DNA of 64,000 nucleotides from Candidatus Bathyarchaeota archaeon (lineage in GTDB: Archaea > Thermoproteota > Bathyarchaeia > Bathyarchaeales > Bathycorpusculaceae): NCBI GenBank assembly GCA_963772455.1, contig CAVYXJ010000012.1, forward strand, positions 1 through 64,000, read 5' to 3'. Position numbers and translations under genes: made by a program. This document shows positions 32,390-43,703 of the stretch, piece by piece; position 1 is the stretch's first letter, and every line of letters begins with the position of its first letter. The notes below the pieces were generated by a model that saw only the letters and a list, made by a program, of their open reading frames with translations, had not been told where the DNA came from and ran no database searches.

Positions 32390-32598
32390 TATAGAATTAC
32401 AAGTGTTAAAACATTTAAAGCCTTATTAATTCTTTAGAAATAATTGATGCAACGTGCCCGACCCACTTTGTTTTTGGATAATGTTAAAACGACGGTTTAA
32501 ACGACAGTGTGTGAAGCTAGCCCTCGGCACCACTAATTTTTACAAAATTCAATAATTTGAAGAATTGTTTATTATATTACAGATATTATTGAAAATGC

Positions 32599-33198
32599 AT
32601 GTTTGAGTTCCTTGTTGTCATTGCAGCGGTTGCATCTTTTATTGGCGCCTCTATTTACATACGTTCGATGTTCGTTGGAGGTACCAAACCTAATCGTGTG
32701 ACTTGGTTAATGTGGGCTATCGCGCCTTTAATTGCAACTGCCGCTGCTATATCAAATGGTGTAGGTTGGGCTGTTTTGCCTGTTTTTATGGCAGGTTTTT
32801 CGCCTTTTCTAATTTTTGCTGCATCTTTTTTCGCAAAGAAGGCTTACTGGAGACTTTCAAGTTTTGATTATATCTGTGGTGTGCTCTCTGGATTTGCGCT
32901 TGTCATGTGGTGGTTAACCAAAGATCCCAATGTGGCAATCGTTTTTGCTATATCGAGTGATGGATTGGCATCGATACCGACTTTTAAAAAGGCTTGGACA
33001 AATCCAGAAACAGAATCGGTTTGGCCCTTCTTAATTGGCACATTCGCTGCAGCTTCAAGTTTGGTTGTTGCTACTCTATGGATTTTTTCGGAATACGCCT
33101 TTCCTATTTATCTAATTATAGTTAACATTATAATTCTTTTAGTGCTCTACAATAAACATCTAATAGTGCTGTTGAAGAAACCAGGTAAAGTTTCCTAA
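32599..33198 (+). CDS. multi-TM membrane protein
   Basis: TKPNRVTWLMW, SIPTFKKAWTNPETES; about 7 TM. Confidence 0.8.
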   Translation: MFEFLVVIAAVASFIGASIYIRSMFVGGTKPNRVTWLMWAIAPLIATAAAISNGVGWAVLPVFMAGFSPFLIFAASFFAKKAYWRLSSFDYICGVLSGFALVMWWLTKDPNVAIVFAISSDGLASIPTFKKAWTNPETESVWPFLIGTFAAASSLVVATLWIFSEYAFPIYLIIVNIIILLVLYNKHLIVLLKKPGKVS

Positions 33199-33241
33199 AA
33201 GTTTTATAATACCAAAAATGTTGCATCGATAGGAATTTCAT

Positions 33242-33796
33242 ATGGAACTTGATGTTTGTATTAAAGGTAGAAGAAGCGTAAGGGCTTACACTAATGAATC
33301 TGTTTTGAAAGAGCAAATTGAAGCTGTTTTGGATGCAGGAACTTGGGCTCCAACTGGGATGCATCGAGAACCTTGGAAATTTATTGTTATTGAAGATAAG
33401 CAATTAATCAAATACATATCCGAAGAAACAAAGTCGTTAGTTCAACAAATGATGCCTCCTTTAGCCAGTCAATTTTCAACAGACGCCGACATAGTCTGCT
33501 ACAATGCACCTGTACTCATTTTGTTATGTACTGAAAAAGATGAACAATGGGATAACGTGAATCTACTCGATTGTGTTCTAGCTACTCAGAACATGTTTCT
33601 AAAAGCATACGAACTGGGTCTTGGAACCTGTTACATGGGATTCATTAATTTCCTAAACAACAAACCAGAGGCACTCAAGAAAGCTGGAGTTCCAGAGAAC
33701 TGCAAAATGATGGTTCCATTTATTTTGGGGCACCCTAAAACAGTTCAGGGCAAAGGAAAAAGAAACAAACCCGTAATTCAAAAATGGATTAAATGA
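33242..33796 (+). CDS. nitroreductase family protein
   Basis: RRSVRAY, APTGMHREPWKFIVI, QNMFLKAYELGLGTCYMG. Confidence 0.93.
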   Translation: MELDVCIKGRRSVRAYTNESVLKEQIEAVLDAGTWAPTGMHREPWKFIVIEDKQLIKYISEETKSLVQQMMPPLASQFSTDADIVCYNAPVLILLCTEKDEQWDNVNLLDCVLATQNMFLKAYELGLGTCYMGFINFLNNKPEALKKAGVPENCKMMVPFILGHPKTVQGKGKRNKPVIQKWIK

Positions 33797-33988
33797 TCTA
33801 TCGATCTTTTCAAACCATAATCATTTATCTGATTCACCCATTATTTTTATTTTTAAATTCTTTATAGTTTATGTTTTGTTTATTTGTTAATTGTGGAAAA
33901 TCCTTAAGAAAGACGATGAAATCTGGCATTGGCTATGACCAGTAAGCGAGTATTAATCTTGTAGGTTCTCTCTGAGGCTTGATGTTAA

Positions 33989-36900
33989 ATGTCAAAATCT
34001 CTTTTCGATTCACTAAACAATTTCATTCGCAAACGGCACAGATTGATAATAATCGCCTGGGTAGTTGTAGTGCTGCTTTCGCTTATTCTTGATCCCCAGC
34101 TTTTTCTCAGCAGTTTCTTATGACTTAACTGGAGGATTTGGTTCCCGTTCAGATACTGAGTCAGATAGAGCTTCAAAAATAATAGATGCACAATTCCATA
34201 CATCTAGTAATGGAACTAGAAATAGTTCTGGTAGTGAAAACAACAGCATAATAGTTGTTCTTCAAGGAGTACCCGTATATTCTGATGCATTAAAACAAAA
34301 AGTGCTCACCTTAAACGATACTCTATCTAAAAATGCTGGCATATCAAATTACACTGGTCAAACAAGCCTTTACACATTGGAAGCTAGCCTTCTTAATTCG
34401 TCTTTATCAGATTTAATTAATCAGACTGCGAGTCTCCAATCCAATATAATCGAGATTAATTCTGGATTATTTACTTTAAGAGACAATTTTTCGGTGTTGA
34501 GCGAAAACTTGTTTGGGTTACAAACCGGTATCAATCAAACTGCTCAACTAGTTTTCGGTGTGCCCACAGCTTTCGTTGGTGTCTGGCAAGGTATAACTGC
34601 GCAGGGTGTATCGGACCCAATTATTGCGAACATACAAGCTAATGCAACATTGTATGTTTTAACCTCTAATTTCGGAGGCGATGCTCAATCAATAGGGTAT
34701 TACACGGCATTCTATAATGCATGGGATATCAGTTTTCAAGCACTTCCAAACGATATATCCATTGCAGACCGCGAAGCTTTTGCAATAGGACAATCTGTTT
34801 TAGGTTTCTTAAATAACCCGCAAATTGATTCACAAACAAAACAAATGATTGGTCTTGTTGCTTCGGGTTTAAATGTCAATACTTGGAATCGACCTGCAGC
34901 AATAACGAATCTAACAGTCACAACTATTGCCTCAAGCATACCTGAAGAATTTTCAACTGCACTAGGTGCCTCTCCCCTCAGTGTTGTCAATAGATTATAT
35001 GGATTTGGAGAGTCTCCTTCAAATGCAATACTTGGTAGTTACGCAATTTCGCTTTTGGAAAATTCTTATTCTAACCTGACATCTTCGGATGTAGGCTTTT
35101 CAATCTCTGATTTGTTAGGTGCCTCTTATCAACTTGGAGTATCTCCAAACAATTCACAAACATGGAAATTAGCAAGCGATTTTATTTCAAATGCCACCCA
35201 AAGCACCCTCTCTGATTCACCACTTTTCACAATAAATGCCACATCACTTAGTAATTTTATTTCAGAAATATCGCCAAATTCTACAACACCTGATTTGAAC
35301 CTTGCAATTGACGATTTAATTGCAACTCAACCTTACGTCAATTATCCTTTCATGCCTTCAAATGCTTTAACGGGCAATTTTGTTAATTCCAAAAATGATT
35401 CTATGTTAATTATTCTGGGATTCTCAAGTGAAACCAACCAAAACACGATTGCCCAAGTTGAGTCAGATGTGCAGAATTCTGGATTAAAAGACTTTGGAGC
35501 GGTTTATGTAACTGGTGGCTCAGTTTTAAGTAGAGATGTTGAGAAAGCCTTTTTGCCTGCTCTTGAAGTAACGGCGGGACCGGGAATAGCGATTTCTCTG
35601 TTAATCGTTGGACTCCTGTTTATGGCTCCGGTTGCTGCTTTGATTCCCGTAATTTTAGGAGGCATTTCAGTTTCGGTATCCCTAGCTGCAATTTACATTT
35701 CAGTTGTAGAAGTTGGTCATTCAACTTTGACTTTTCTAACACCAACATTAACCATTTTACTCATGTTAGGATTAGCAGTAGACTATGCGGTTTTGCAGCT
35801 TAAACGGACACGTGAAGAACGCCAGAAAGGCAAATCCATTGAAGAAAGTGTGGCTATTTCCCTTAAGTGGGCAGGTCAAGCAGTTCTTACTGCTGGGTTG
35901 ACGGTTATTGTTGCATACATCGTTATGGCTGTTGCAAACGTTCCAATATTTAGCGATGTTGGAATCGCTATTGCCTTAGGTGTTTCAATTTTACTTTTTG
36001 CATCACTTACTCTTTTGCCTGCTCTTGAAATTGCTTTAGGAGATAAGATATTCTGGCCTGGACTAAAGAAATTAGCTAAAAAATCTGATCCAAACAAGAA
36101 TGTACTAAAACGATTAGCGCAAGGCACACTTAAACATAAAGTTCCCATTGTAATAATGATCAGTTTACTTTCTTTAGGCGCTTTCTTTGTTGTTGCCAAT
36201 ACTCCTACTAGCGAAGATTTTCTCAGTTTGATTCCAAAATTCGAAAGCAATCAGGGACTTACCGTTATAGCTGACAGTTTTGGCAGCGGAACAATAGAAC
36301 CTACACAAATTGTCATTGTTACTACTTCACAAGTAACCTATGGAAACAACCAGTTTAACCAGACCTTGCTTAATCAGATTGAACAAATAACAGCCACCGC
36401 TGCAGAATCTAAGGGGGTAGCAACTGTTTCAAGTCCTACTAGACCTTTTGGAAATGCTTTTAACTATTCATCTATTGAGACCATGCCTGAACTGTTGCGT
36501 CTGCAATATCAGAGTCAAATGTTTTCGATGATTGGACAAGATAATAAGACAGTTGTTATCAATGTTGGATTTTCAAATTCAGCTTTTAGTCAAGGCGCCT
36601 TAGACTCATTGCAAACAATGGAGAAAAACATTAACGATCTCCCTGACTTGAGCGGTTTAACAATTTACTTTGGAGGCGCAACTCCATCAGCCTATGAAAG
36701 CCATTCGTTTATGACTTCATTAATTCCTCAAGTTGTAATAATTCTGTCAGCAGCAGTTTTCGTAATATTATTCTTCCAATTGCGTTCAGCTTTTACACCG
36801 ATTCGACTGATAATTACAATATTGTGTAGCGTCGTTTTTTCTTTAGCAATCATTTCTGCAATATTCTATTTCGCTCTGAATCTGCCAATTTTAGACTTCG

Positions 36901-37268
36901 CACCTTTGTTTGTTGTAGTAACTATGCTGGGAGTAGGAATTGACTATGACATATTCTTCCTCACACGAATTCGAGAAGAAGTCCTCAATGGGAAAACCGA
37001 CAATGAAGCAATTATAACAGCTATCGATAAGGTCTGGGTAACTATATTTTGTTTAGGGCTAGTTCTTGCAACTGTCTTCGCCTCGCTGATACTGACCAAC
37101 ATTCCAATTCTCCAAGAAATTAGCCTAGCAGTCGCTGCCGCGGTTATGATAGATGTAAGCGTTATCATACTTTTCTTCGTTCCTGCACTCATGGGTTTAG
37201 CACAAAAATACAATTGGTGGCCTTACAAAATTGTACGAAATAAAACAATCGAAAATGATTCGGAATAA
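33989..37268 (+). CDS. MMPL/RND family transporter, frameshift near 34088
   Basis: GLAVDYA and GVGIDYDIF motifs in duplicated TM halves; first TM encoded from ATG 33989 in another frame. Confidence 0.88.
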
Positions 37269-37570
37269 ATTCCAACAATTTTTATTTATTTATTTTTTTA
37301 GAAATAGAATCATCGTTTTACGTTACTAGTCTTGGCTTAGTGCTTCATAGTTTATTTTTTTTCGAAATAAAACAATTTTTTAGGGCTTCGTACGTTGCAA
37401 GCGTTAAGTTGGCTCACCGCAATTAACCATTCAGAAGCCCTTTGTTTCAATAAAAAATAGTAAATTCAACATGATTTTCTATTAAAAAAGCTCGATTTTA
37501 GGCATTTAACAAGCAAATGATAGAAAGTGTTTTAAACACATAGATACGATACGTCATCAGAGGAATAATT

Positions 37571-37735
37571 ATGGCAAAATGCCCAACATGTGGAAAAGAC
37601 GCAAAGACCCCAAAAAAAACTTGGAAGATGGCTGGTAAACCAGACAAGAAAGGTAAACGGACACAACTTACCATAGCGCTCTATGATTGCTGCGGTAAGA
37701 CTTTCCGAGAAGTCTTAGATAAGAAAAAGATCTAA
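37571..37735 (+). CDS. Cren7-like small basic chromatin protein with Cys ligands (not in ORF track)
   Basis: MAKCPTCGKDAKTPKKTWKMAGKPDKKGKRTQLTIALYDCCGKTFREVLDKKKI; P-x-K-x-W-x-(L/M)-A...I-x-L-(F/Y)...GK-x-FR as in Cren7; TATA upstream, T-run downstream. Confidence 0.72.
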   Translation: MAKCPTCGKDAKTPKKTWKMAGKPDKKGKRTQLTIALYDCCGKTFREVLDKKKI

Positions 37736-37815
37736 ACAAGGAAAATCTTCCATTTCCTTTTTCTATTTTTTCTTCATTTAAAATTTAGCCTTATTGGTTA
37801 ACTAATCTTGGGGTA

Positions 37816-38487
37816 TTACCCTTTGATTAGTGTAAAAATTGAATTTTGACCTGCCATTATTGATTTGATCCGTTCTGGAAATAATCCGTTAACAACAAAA
37901 CAATTAATTGGTGTTTTCAAAAGCAGTTTAGGTAAGGCTTGGTCTACACTTGTTCGCTTATCCATGGCTAATAAATCGTTTACTGATATTTGTTTTATTA
38001 ATTTAGCTTCTGAAAATTTTTTGGGGTCGTTATTGAAGATTCCATCGACATCCGTAACCAATATAACTTTAGCAACTTTCAATCTGCCAGCAATGTATAC
38101 GGCGATTGAGTCAGATGTTACAGCCCAAGAATTTTCCAAGGGGTCTTCTTGAAGTAGCAGATTTGAAGGCAAGAAAATGGGTATCTTGTTCAAATCTATA
38201 ATTCGTTTTATTTCTTCAAGTGTATTTGTTGTAATCGAACCAGGAATCAAATCTGACAGTAGCATTCCATATTGATCCATGCCTAAAATTGCCATCTTGT
38301 GAGATGTACTGGCCGACAAATGGAAACTTTTATCTAAACATCGTACAACATCAGCGAATTCGCCTCCACCAGGAATCACAATCAATTTTTGTTCCATTGA
38401 AATTTCACTTAATTTTATGCATAAAGCTCTCACCTTTTTGGGGTATACCGATAAACTGCCGCCAACTTTTACGACCGTAGCATTCAT
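37816..38487 (-). CDS. mfnE: amino-acid-kinase-family protein, MfnE-like
   Basis: VVKVGGSL, PGGGEFADVVR, SWAVTSDSIA, TDVDGI; operon context. Confidence 0.82.
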   Translation of the reverse strand: MNATVVKVGGSLSVYPKKVRALCIKLSEISMEQKLIVIPGGGEFADVVRCLDKSFHLSASTSHKMAILGMDQYGMLLSDLIPGSITTNTLEEIKRIIDLNKIPIFLPSNLLLQEDPLENSWAVTSDSIAVYIAGRLKVAKVILVTDVDGIFNNDPKKFSEAKLIKQISVNDLLAMDKRTSVDQALPKLLLKTPINCFVVNGLFPERIKSIMAGQNSIFTLIKG

Positions 38488-39545
38488 TTGATGTTTTCTC
38501 CTTCAAGTTTACTTGCAGCCATTATAGCAACTCCGAAGGCTGGAGTAGCTAAAACAGCCTGATTAGACAGTATTTTTCCTAAATCAATTATTTCGTCCAC
38601 ACATAATTTTTCAGCGGCTTTTCGTGCGATAAAGTTTTTTCCAAGTCCAGTAATTACGATGGGAACTTTACTTGAAGTTAATGATTTGGTGAAGGAATAG
38701 ACTTTTCTTAAACCCTCTACAACGTCTTGAATTTGTTTATCCGAAATATATTCTGCCATTTTGACAATTTCTTGTTTGGTTAACATTTCGGTATCTGCAC
38801 ATACGACTCGGGCAATTCGCGCTAATGCTTCAGGTATAGTTTTTCCTTTTCCGTCTGCAGTCTCGCTTGAATATTCATCCTTGTGTATATTGCCTAAAAC
38901 CAGATGGATATCGCCTGATAATGCGAAAAGCTCAGATGCAACACCTGCAACGGCATTTCTAATTGGAATTGAATGTACGATTGTTGCAACGTTTGTTCTT
39001 AAGCTTCCAGTATAAACAAGCTCACCACAGATGAGTTTGTCCAAATCAGTCTTACCAAGTGCTACAACCTTACTGTTTACAACGGGGATTATGGTAGTGC
39101 TTGTGCTTCCAACATCGACGATAACGCAGTTCTTGAGTTTTTTAGCTACTAACCAACCGGTTGCCGCCCAATTTGCTGCTGCTATATCGAGCGGTTTGTG
39201 CTTAGCAATATCCAAGGTTACCATTTCAGCACTTGTGTTTAGTACGAGAACTGGTGTTTTAGGAAAAGTCTTTGAAACGCAGTTTAAAATGTCGGTGACA
39301 CCTTCCCGTTTGGTTTGATAAGCATCGGAAAGTTCAGCGGTCATGGTTAAACCAACACCATCTAAATCGCTCGCATCTAACTGCCGTTTAAGGTTGAGAA
39401 GAACTTGTGCGAGTTTTTCGGGTTTTTTCCAGATTGGAAAATACTTAACCGCAACTTTCGCTTCTATAAGCTTACCTCCTTTGACGCATACGAGTGCAGC
39501 TTTGGTGTTTGCTCCGCCGACATCGTAGCCTAACACATGAACCAA
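38484..39545 (-). CDS. mfnF: hydantoinase-A-like protein, MfnF
   Basis: GYDVGGANTK, TMTAELSD, AAANWAAT, DVGSTST, ETADGKGK. Confidence 0.85.
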   Translation of the reverse strand: MVHVLGYDVGGANTKAALVCVKGGKLIEAKVAVKYFPIWKKPEKLAQVLLNLKRQLDASDLDGVGLTMTAELSDAYQTKREGVTDILNCVSKTFPKTPVLVLNTSAEMVTLDIAKHKPLDIAAANWAATGWLVAKKLKNCVIVDVGSTSTTIIPVVNSKVVALGKTDLDKLICGELVYTGSLRTNVATIVHSIPIRNAVAGVASELFALSGDIHLVLGNIHKDEYSSETADGKGKTIPEALARIARVVCADTEMLTKQEIVKMAEYISDKQIQDVVEGLRKVYSFTKSLTSSKVPIVITGLGKNFIARKAAEKLCVDEIIDLGKILSNQAVLATPAFGVAIMAASKLEGENIK

Positions 39546-39554
39546 ATGTCTTCC

Positions 39555-40775
39555 TCAAGTGATAATGTTGTGTATAGTCTTTTTAGCTTCTTCTAAATGG
39601 ATCTTTGCATCAGTTAAGGTGATGCCTTCACCGATGATTAGAGCAATTGACTTTTTGTTTTCGCTTAAAGGAAAAGGTGGTGCAACAACAGAACTCATTT
39701 CCTTTATTTTTTGAAAAGCCGTAGTTGTTGGTTTGGATATTTCTACTTTTGAGAAACAGGCAAATGCTTTATTTTCGAGTTTACTTGGAAGCATATCTTT
39801 CAAAACAGCATCTACCAAAGCTTTGGCAACATTAAACCGCGCAACTTTTCGCAAGCCAATATACGAGGTTGTCAATCTTGGGTTAACGTCAACAACGAAC
39901 GGTTTATGCTCTGTGAAAACGAAATCTACTCCAACATATCCTTTCAAATCAGAGAAGGTTTCGACTACTTTTTCTGCAATCTCGAATGCTTCTTGTTTAA
40001 GCCAATTCTCAAAAGGGACTTCGCCACCTTCGTAACTTGAAGTTGCATCTGAACCAGCAAGGTAAATGTCTTGTTTGTTTAAGCTAATCGCTTTGGCTTT
40101 TTTGCCTGTGGACAGCAGACTGACGCTTGCAGCTTGGCCTTTGATAAATTCTTGGGCAATAAAACATTTACACATAGATACAACGCTTATTTTTTTGATG
40201 GCGTCAGAAAGTTGGGTTTCTCTATTAACCAAACTTAATCCGCTACAGCCTACCCCATCGGCAGGTTTCAAAATTAATGGATAACCTAAGCTTTTCTTAA
40301 TTGTTTCTTTAATTTTGTTTAATCCATCGTCCATTCCAAGTATCACTGTTTTCGGTGAAACTCCAAGTTTTTGCAGTACTTCAGACAAAACTGTCTTATC
40401 AGCTACTTTCTTGATTGTGCGGGATTTACAATTTAACGATTTTTTACCCGTTTGCTCTGCAAGTTCTACAAACGATTGCAGTGTTTGTTCAGTTTCAGGT
40501 GCTATAACATAAATTGCATCGTTAATTTTGGAAATATTGGTAAAAACTTTTTCAAGGTCATTGAGATTAAATATTTTCTCAGTACAATCGGCATCTAAGA
40601 GTGGGTTAAGTTTTGATAGTCGTGAATCAATTAAAACTGTTACTTCATGGCCTGCGACTTTAAAATCTTCAACTATGCAGCGGAGCATGCCAAATCCTTC
40701 TGCTAATACACTTGGAGAAATATCTTGACCTGCATAACCTCCGCCTGAAACATGCTCGTAAACAAAAATCTTCAA
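39555..40775 (-). CDS. mfnD: ATP-grasp tyramine-glutamate ligase, MfnD-like
   Basis: YEHVSGGG, EGFGML, IAPE, KPADGVG, VDVNPRLTTSY. Confidence 0.82.
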   Translation of the reverse strand: MKIFVYEHVSGGGYAGQDISPSVLAEGFGMLRCIVEDFKVAGHEVTVLIDSRLSKLNPLLDADCTEKIFNLNDLEKVFTNISKINDAIYVIAPETEQTLQSFVELAEQTGKKSLNCKSRTIKKVADKTVLSEVLQKLGVSPKTVILGMDDGLNKIKETIKKSLGYPLILKPADGVGCSGLSLVNRETQLSDAIKKISVVSMCKCFIAQEFIKGQAASVSLLSTGKKAKAISLNKQDIYLAGSDATSSYEGGEVPFENWLKQEAFEIAEKVVETFSDLKGYVGVDFVFTEHKPFVVDVNPRLTTSYIGLRKVARFNVAKALVDAVLKDMLPSKLENKAFACFSKVEISKPTTTAFQKIKEMSSVVAPPFPLSENKKSIALIIGEGITLTDAKIHLEEAKKTIHNIIT

Positions 40776-40811
40776 AACTAACTCCTTTCCAGAATCAATT
40801 GAAAAATCATA

Positions 40812-41956
40812 TTACTTTTCAACCTTTTCTATCTCAGCCAAATCTTGCAGAAACTTTTTGATATGTTTACTTTTTACATGTGGCATAACAACAATCCTTA
40901 TGCAGTCATGCCTTGGAACATAAGAAACAAACCAACCTTTCGCCCGCAACCTCTCAGACAAAACCTTTGTATTTTCGCTTCGAAAAGCAACAATATTCAA
41001 AGTGGGTTTCACAACAAGATTAAAACCAGCTTTTTCGACGCCATCAACGAGCAACTTTGTGTTCTTCATGCAAGTGCCCACGATTTTTTGGAAGCCTTCC
41101 GTGCCTAATGTCTTGAAAACTGCCCATGCTGAAGCGACTGCGGCTCCAGATCTTGTTCCTGCAAATGTGTATTGGACCTTGTCGGTTATGTAAGGTGTTT
41201 CAGTTTTGAGATAATTCAGGGTTGTTGCATCTTTGAAGAGGATGCCTCCTGCAGGAATTGCTGCCATTCCCATCTTGTGTGGGTCAACTGTAATGGATTT
41301 AACGCCTTCTAAGCTGAAGTCAAAGATTGGTTTTATGTTGGGTAAAAAAGGAATTATTAATCCGCCAAAGGCTGCATCAACGTGCAAGTATATGTTATGA
41401 CGCAGTGCAATTTCGGAAAGCTTATCGATGGGGTCGACCACTCCTAATTCTGCTGTTCCAGCAGTTCCAACAATTGCTATTGTGTTTTTGTTTATGCATT
41501 TTTTGACTTCTGATGTGTCAACTCTAAGAGAACTATCTAACTCTGCATACACAGGTTTCAAATTCAGAAGATTACAGATTTTGGTAAATGAGAAGTGAAC
41601 TGACTTTGGCAAAACCACTTCAGGTTGACTGATGTTTGCCATATTTTTTGCTGCTAAGTAAAGCCATTAGATTTGCTTCTGTGCCCCCTGAAACAACAAA
41701 TCCACTTGCATTCTCTTTGTGGAGTAACAGTTGAAAGTGCATGGACGACTTCTTTTTCTATTAGCAAGGTTCCAGCAAAAAGTCCTGAATCCCCCAGATT
41801 TGATTCAAAAAACATTTGGTAAGCTTTTTTTGCTATAGGATGAGGAGTTGTACACATTGAACATAGAACTCTTCCATCAACATATTGTTGATCTAAATTA
41901 TGCAACTTTTTTAGTTCAGCCAAAACAGTTTTTCCGCTTAACCCTTTTTGTTGCAA
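40812..41956 (-). CDS. mfnA: tyrosine/aspartate decarboxylase MfnA, frameshift near 41728
   Basis: SMCTTPH and NLGDSGLF in the 5' part; HVDAAFGG and DPHK (PLP Lys) in the 3' part. Confidence 0.9.
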
Positions 41957-41958
41957 GG

Positions 41959-42699
41959 CTAAGCCCTCTTAAAGTTGGCTCTTGTTTCCGCCTGTTTAAC
42001 TTCATCAACGAGTTCACTTACTAGTTTTCTGGTGATTTGACCTGTTTCTCGATTGTTGTTTGTACATGCTGCACCTCGTAATCCAGCGATGTCTGCATTT
42101 AAACCGTAAACTACCGGCAAATCCTGTTTTCTCAGTGAACCAGCCAAGGCGGTTACAAGGCCAAAACTATGTGCTAAGTTAACAAATTTTCTAAGTTGCT
42201 CAATTGTTAAGTAATCAAATAGGTTTTTGCCATCTTTAATCGATGTATCTAGCATTGCAACCTCGACTTGAGCTTTGTTTGCTATTTCAGGAATAAGCAA
42301 AGGATCTATTGTGCCGATTTTTTCGGCATCTGCATAACCGGCTAAAGCAACCTTGATGTTAGGATTGCATTCTTTAGCGGCTCTATTTACTTTTTGCAGT
42401 AGAAAAATTGCTTCTTTTGGCGTTTTAATTCCGAAAAGACCTACTTTAATGTAATCTACTCCAAGTGATGCAGCTCCCACAGCTGCCAGTGAAAATGAAC
42501 CAGGGAGATTTCCAATTTCTCCTAATGTACAGCTGACCTCGAGTTTTTTTGGAGTAATATCTTTTATTTTCTTAATAACCCATGGATAATTTGCGCCAAG
42601 TGCACCTTCTTCAGGGTTCTTTACATCGATTATGTCGGCGCCTCCAGCGATTGCTTCTAAAGCTTCTTTTTCGTTCATGGGGCTTATGAGCAGCTTCAA
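41959..42699 (-). CDS. mfnB: (5-formylfuran-3-yl)methyl phosphate synthase
   Basis: LLISP..EA...GGADIIDVKNPEEGALGA, YIKVGL, MLDTSIKDG, ALAGSL, GLRGAAC. Confidence 0.93.
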   Translation of the reverse strand: MKLLISPMNEKEALEAIAGGADIIDVKNPEEGALGANYPWVIKKIKDITPKKLEVSCTLGEIGNLPGSFSLAAVGAASLGVDYIKVGLFGIKTPKEAIFLLQKVNRAAKECNPNIKVALAGYADAEKIGTIDPLLIPEIANKAQVEVAMLDTSIKDGKNLFDYLTIEQLRKFVNLAHSFGLVTALAGSLRKQDLPVVYGLNADIAGLRGAACTNNNRETGQITRKLVSELVDEVKQAETRANFKRA

Positions 42700-42971
42700 G
42701 TGGTATCACATTGATGCGGCTTATTGGTGCCTTTAAAGTTTTCCTGTGATAGGGGGAAATTTCTTTATTGATAAAATTGTCTCCGGTTTTGTAAGAAATA
42801 GACTTCCTATGTTGAGTTTGCTGTCTTTTAAGTTGTTTTTATCTGGTTTTTTTGTGTAAACTGTTTTTCAAAGGTGCATTGGCTACAATAATTTAGTAGC
42901 AGGAATACAATTATTCAAGAAGAGGTATGTTTTTGTGGGACTGTAAAGTTCAATTCTGGTGAGGCTGTAAC

Positions 42972-43703
42972 TTGAAAGTTATTCCGGTAATTGATATTTT
43001 AAACGGAATAGTTGTGCATGCGGTTAGAGGTGTAAGAAAAGAGTATCAGCCTCTACGAAGCGTGCTTACGTATTCGGTTGATCCCTCAGAAGTGGCAATG
43101 GCATTCAAGAATATCGGGTTTAGCGACTTGTATGTGGCTGATTTGGATGCAATAATCGATTGTTCAACTAGCTTTGATATTTTAAAAAAAATAAATGATG
43201 AAACTAGCTTGAAATTAATGGTTGATGCAGGAGTAACAAGCAATGAAAGAGCACAAAAATTGTTGGACAGCGGAGTTTCCAAACTTATTATTGGAACAGA
43301 AACTCTTCAAAGGAAAAGTTTTGTTTCAGATGCTATAGGTCTTTTTGGGTCAGAACGTGTTGTTGTTAGCTTGGATTTGAAAGGAAATAAAGTTCTTGTG
43401 AAGTTAGGATTTGATGGGTGTAGTGATGTTTTTTGTCTTCTTAAACAGTTTAAGGAGATGGGAGTTTCGCAATTGATTGTTTTGGATCTTTTGCGCGTTG
43501 GCAGCGGTGAAGGCGTAGACATTGATTTTCTTAAGAAGGTGATTGCTGAAGTTGGCATTGACGTTTATGTTGGAGGCGGTGTTCGAGACATCAACGATTT
43601 AATTGAATTAAGAAGCATTGGTATTTCAGGTGCTTTGGTTGCTACTGCGTTACATACAGGTAAGATCTCTATTAACCAGCTAAAACAAGAGCACTTTCTT
43701 TAA
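42972..43703 (+). CDS. HisA/HisF-related TIM-barrel protein of H4MPT/MFR C1 clusters
   Basis: IPVIDILNGIVVHAVRGVRKEYQPL, YVADLDAI, LDLLRVGSGEG, VATALHTG; divergent from mfnB. Confidence 0.82.
   Translation: MKVIPVIDILNGIVVHAVRGVRKEYQPLRSVLTYSVDPSEVAMAFKNIGFSDLYVADLDAIIDCSTSFDILKKINDETSLKLMVDAGVTSNERAQKLLDSGVSKLIIGTETLQRKSFVSDAIGLFGSERVVVSLDLKGNKVLVKLGFDGCSDVFCLLKQFKEMGVSQLIVLDLLRVGSGEGVDIDFLKKVIAEVGIDVYVGGGVRDINDLIELRSIGISGALVATALHTGKISINQLKQEHFL

Larger units (their letters stand above)
30069..32533 (+). mobile_element. tRNA-Phe-anchored mini-island bounded by a 14-bp direct repeat
   Basis: gccctcggcaccac at 30069-30082 (tRNA 3' end) and 32520-32533; contains a TA remnant, DUF1428 and a radical SAM gene; no integrase. 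Confidence 0.65.
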
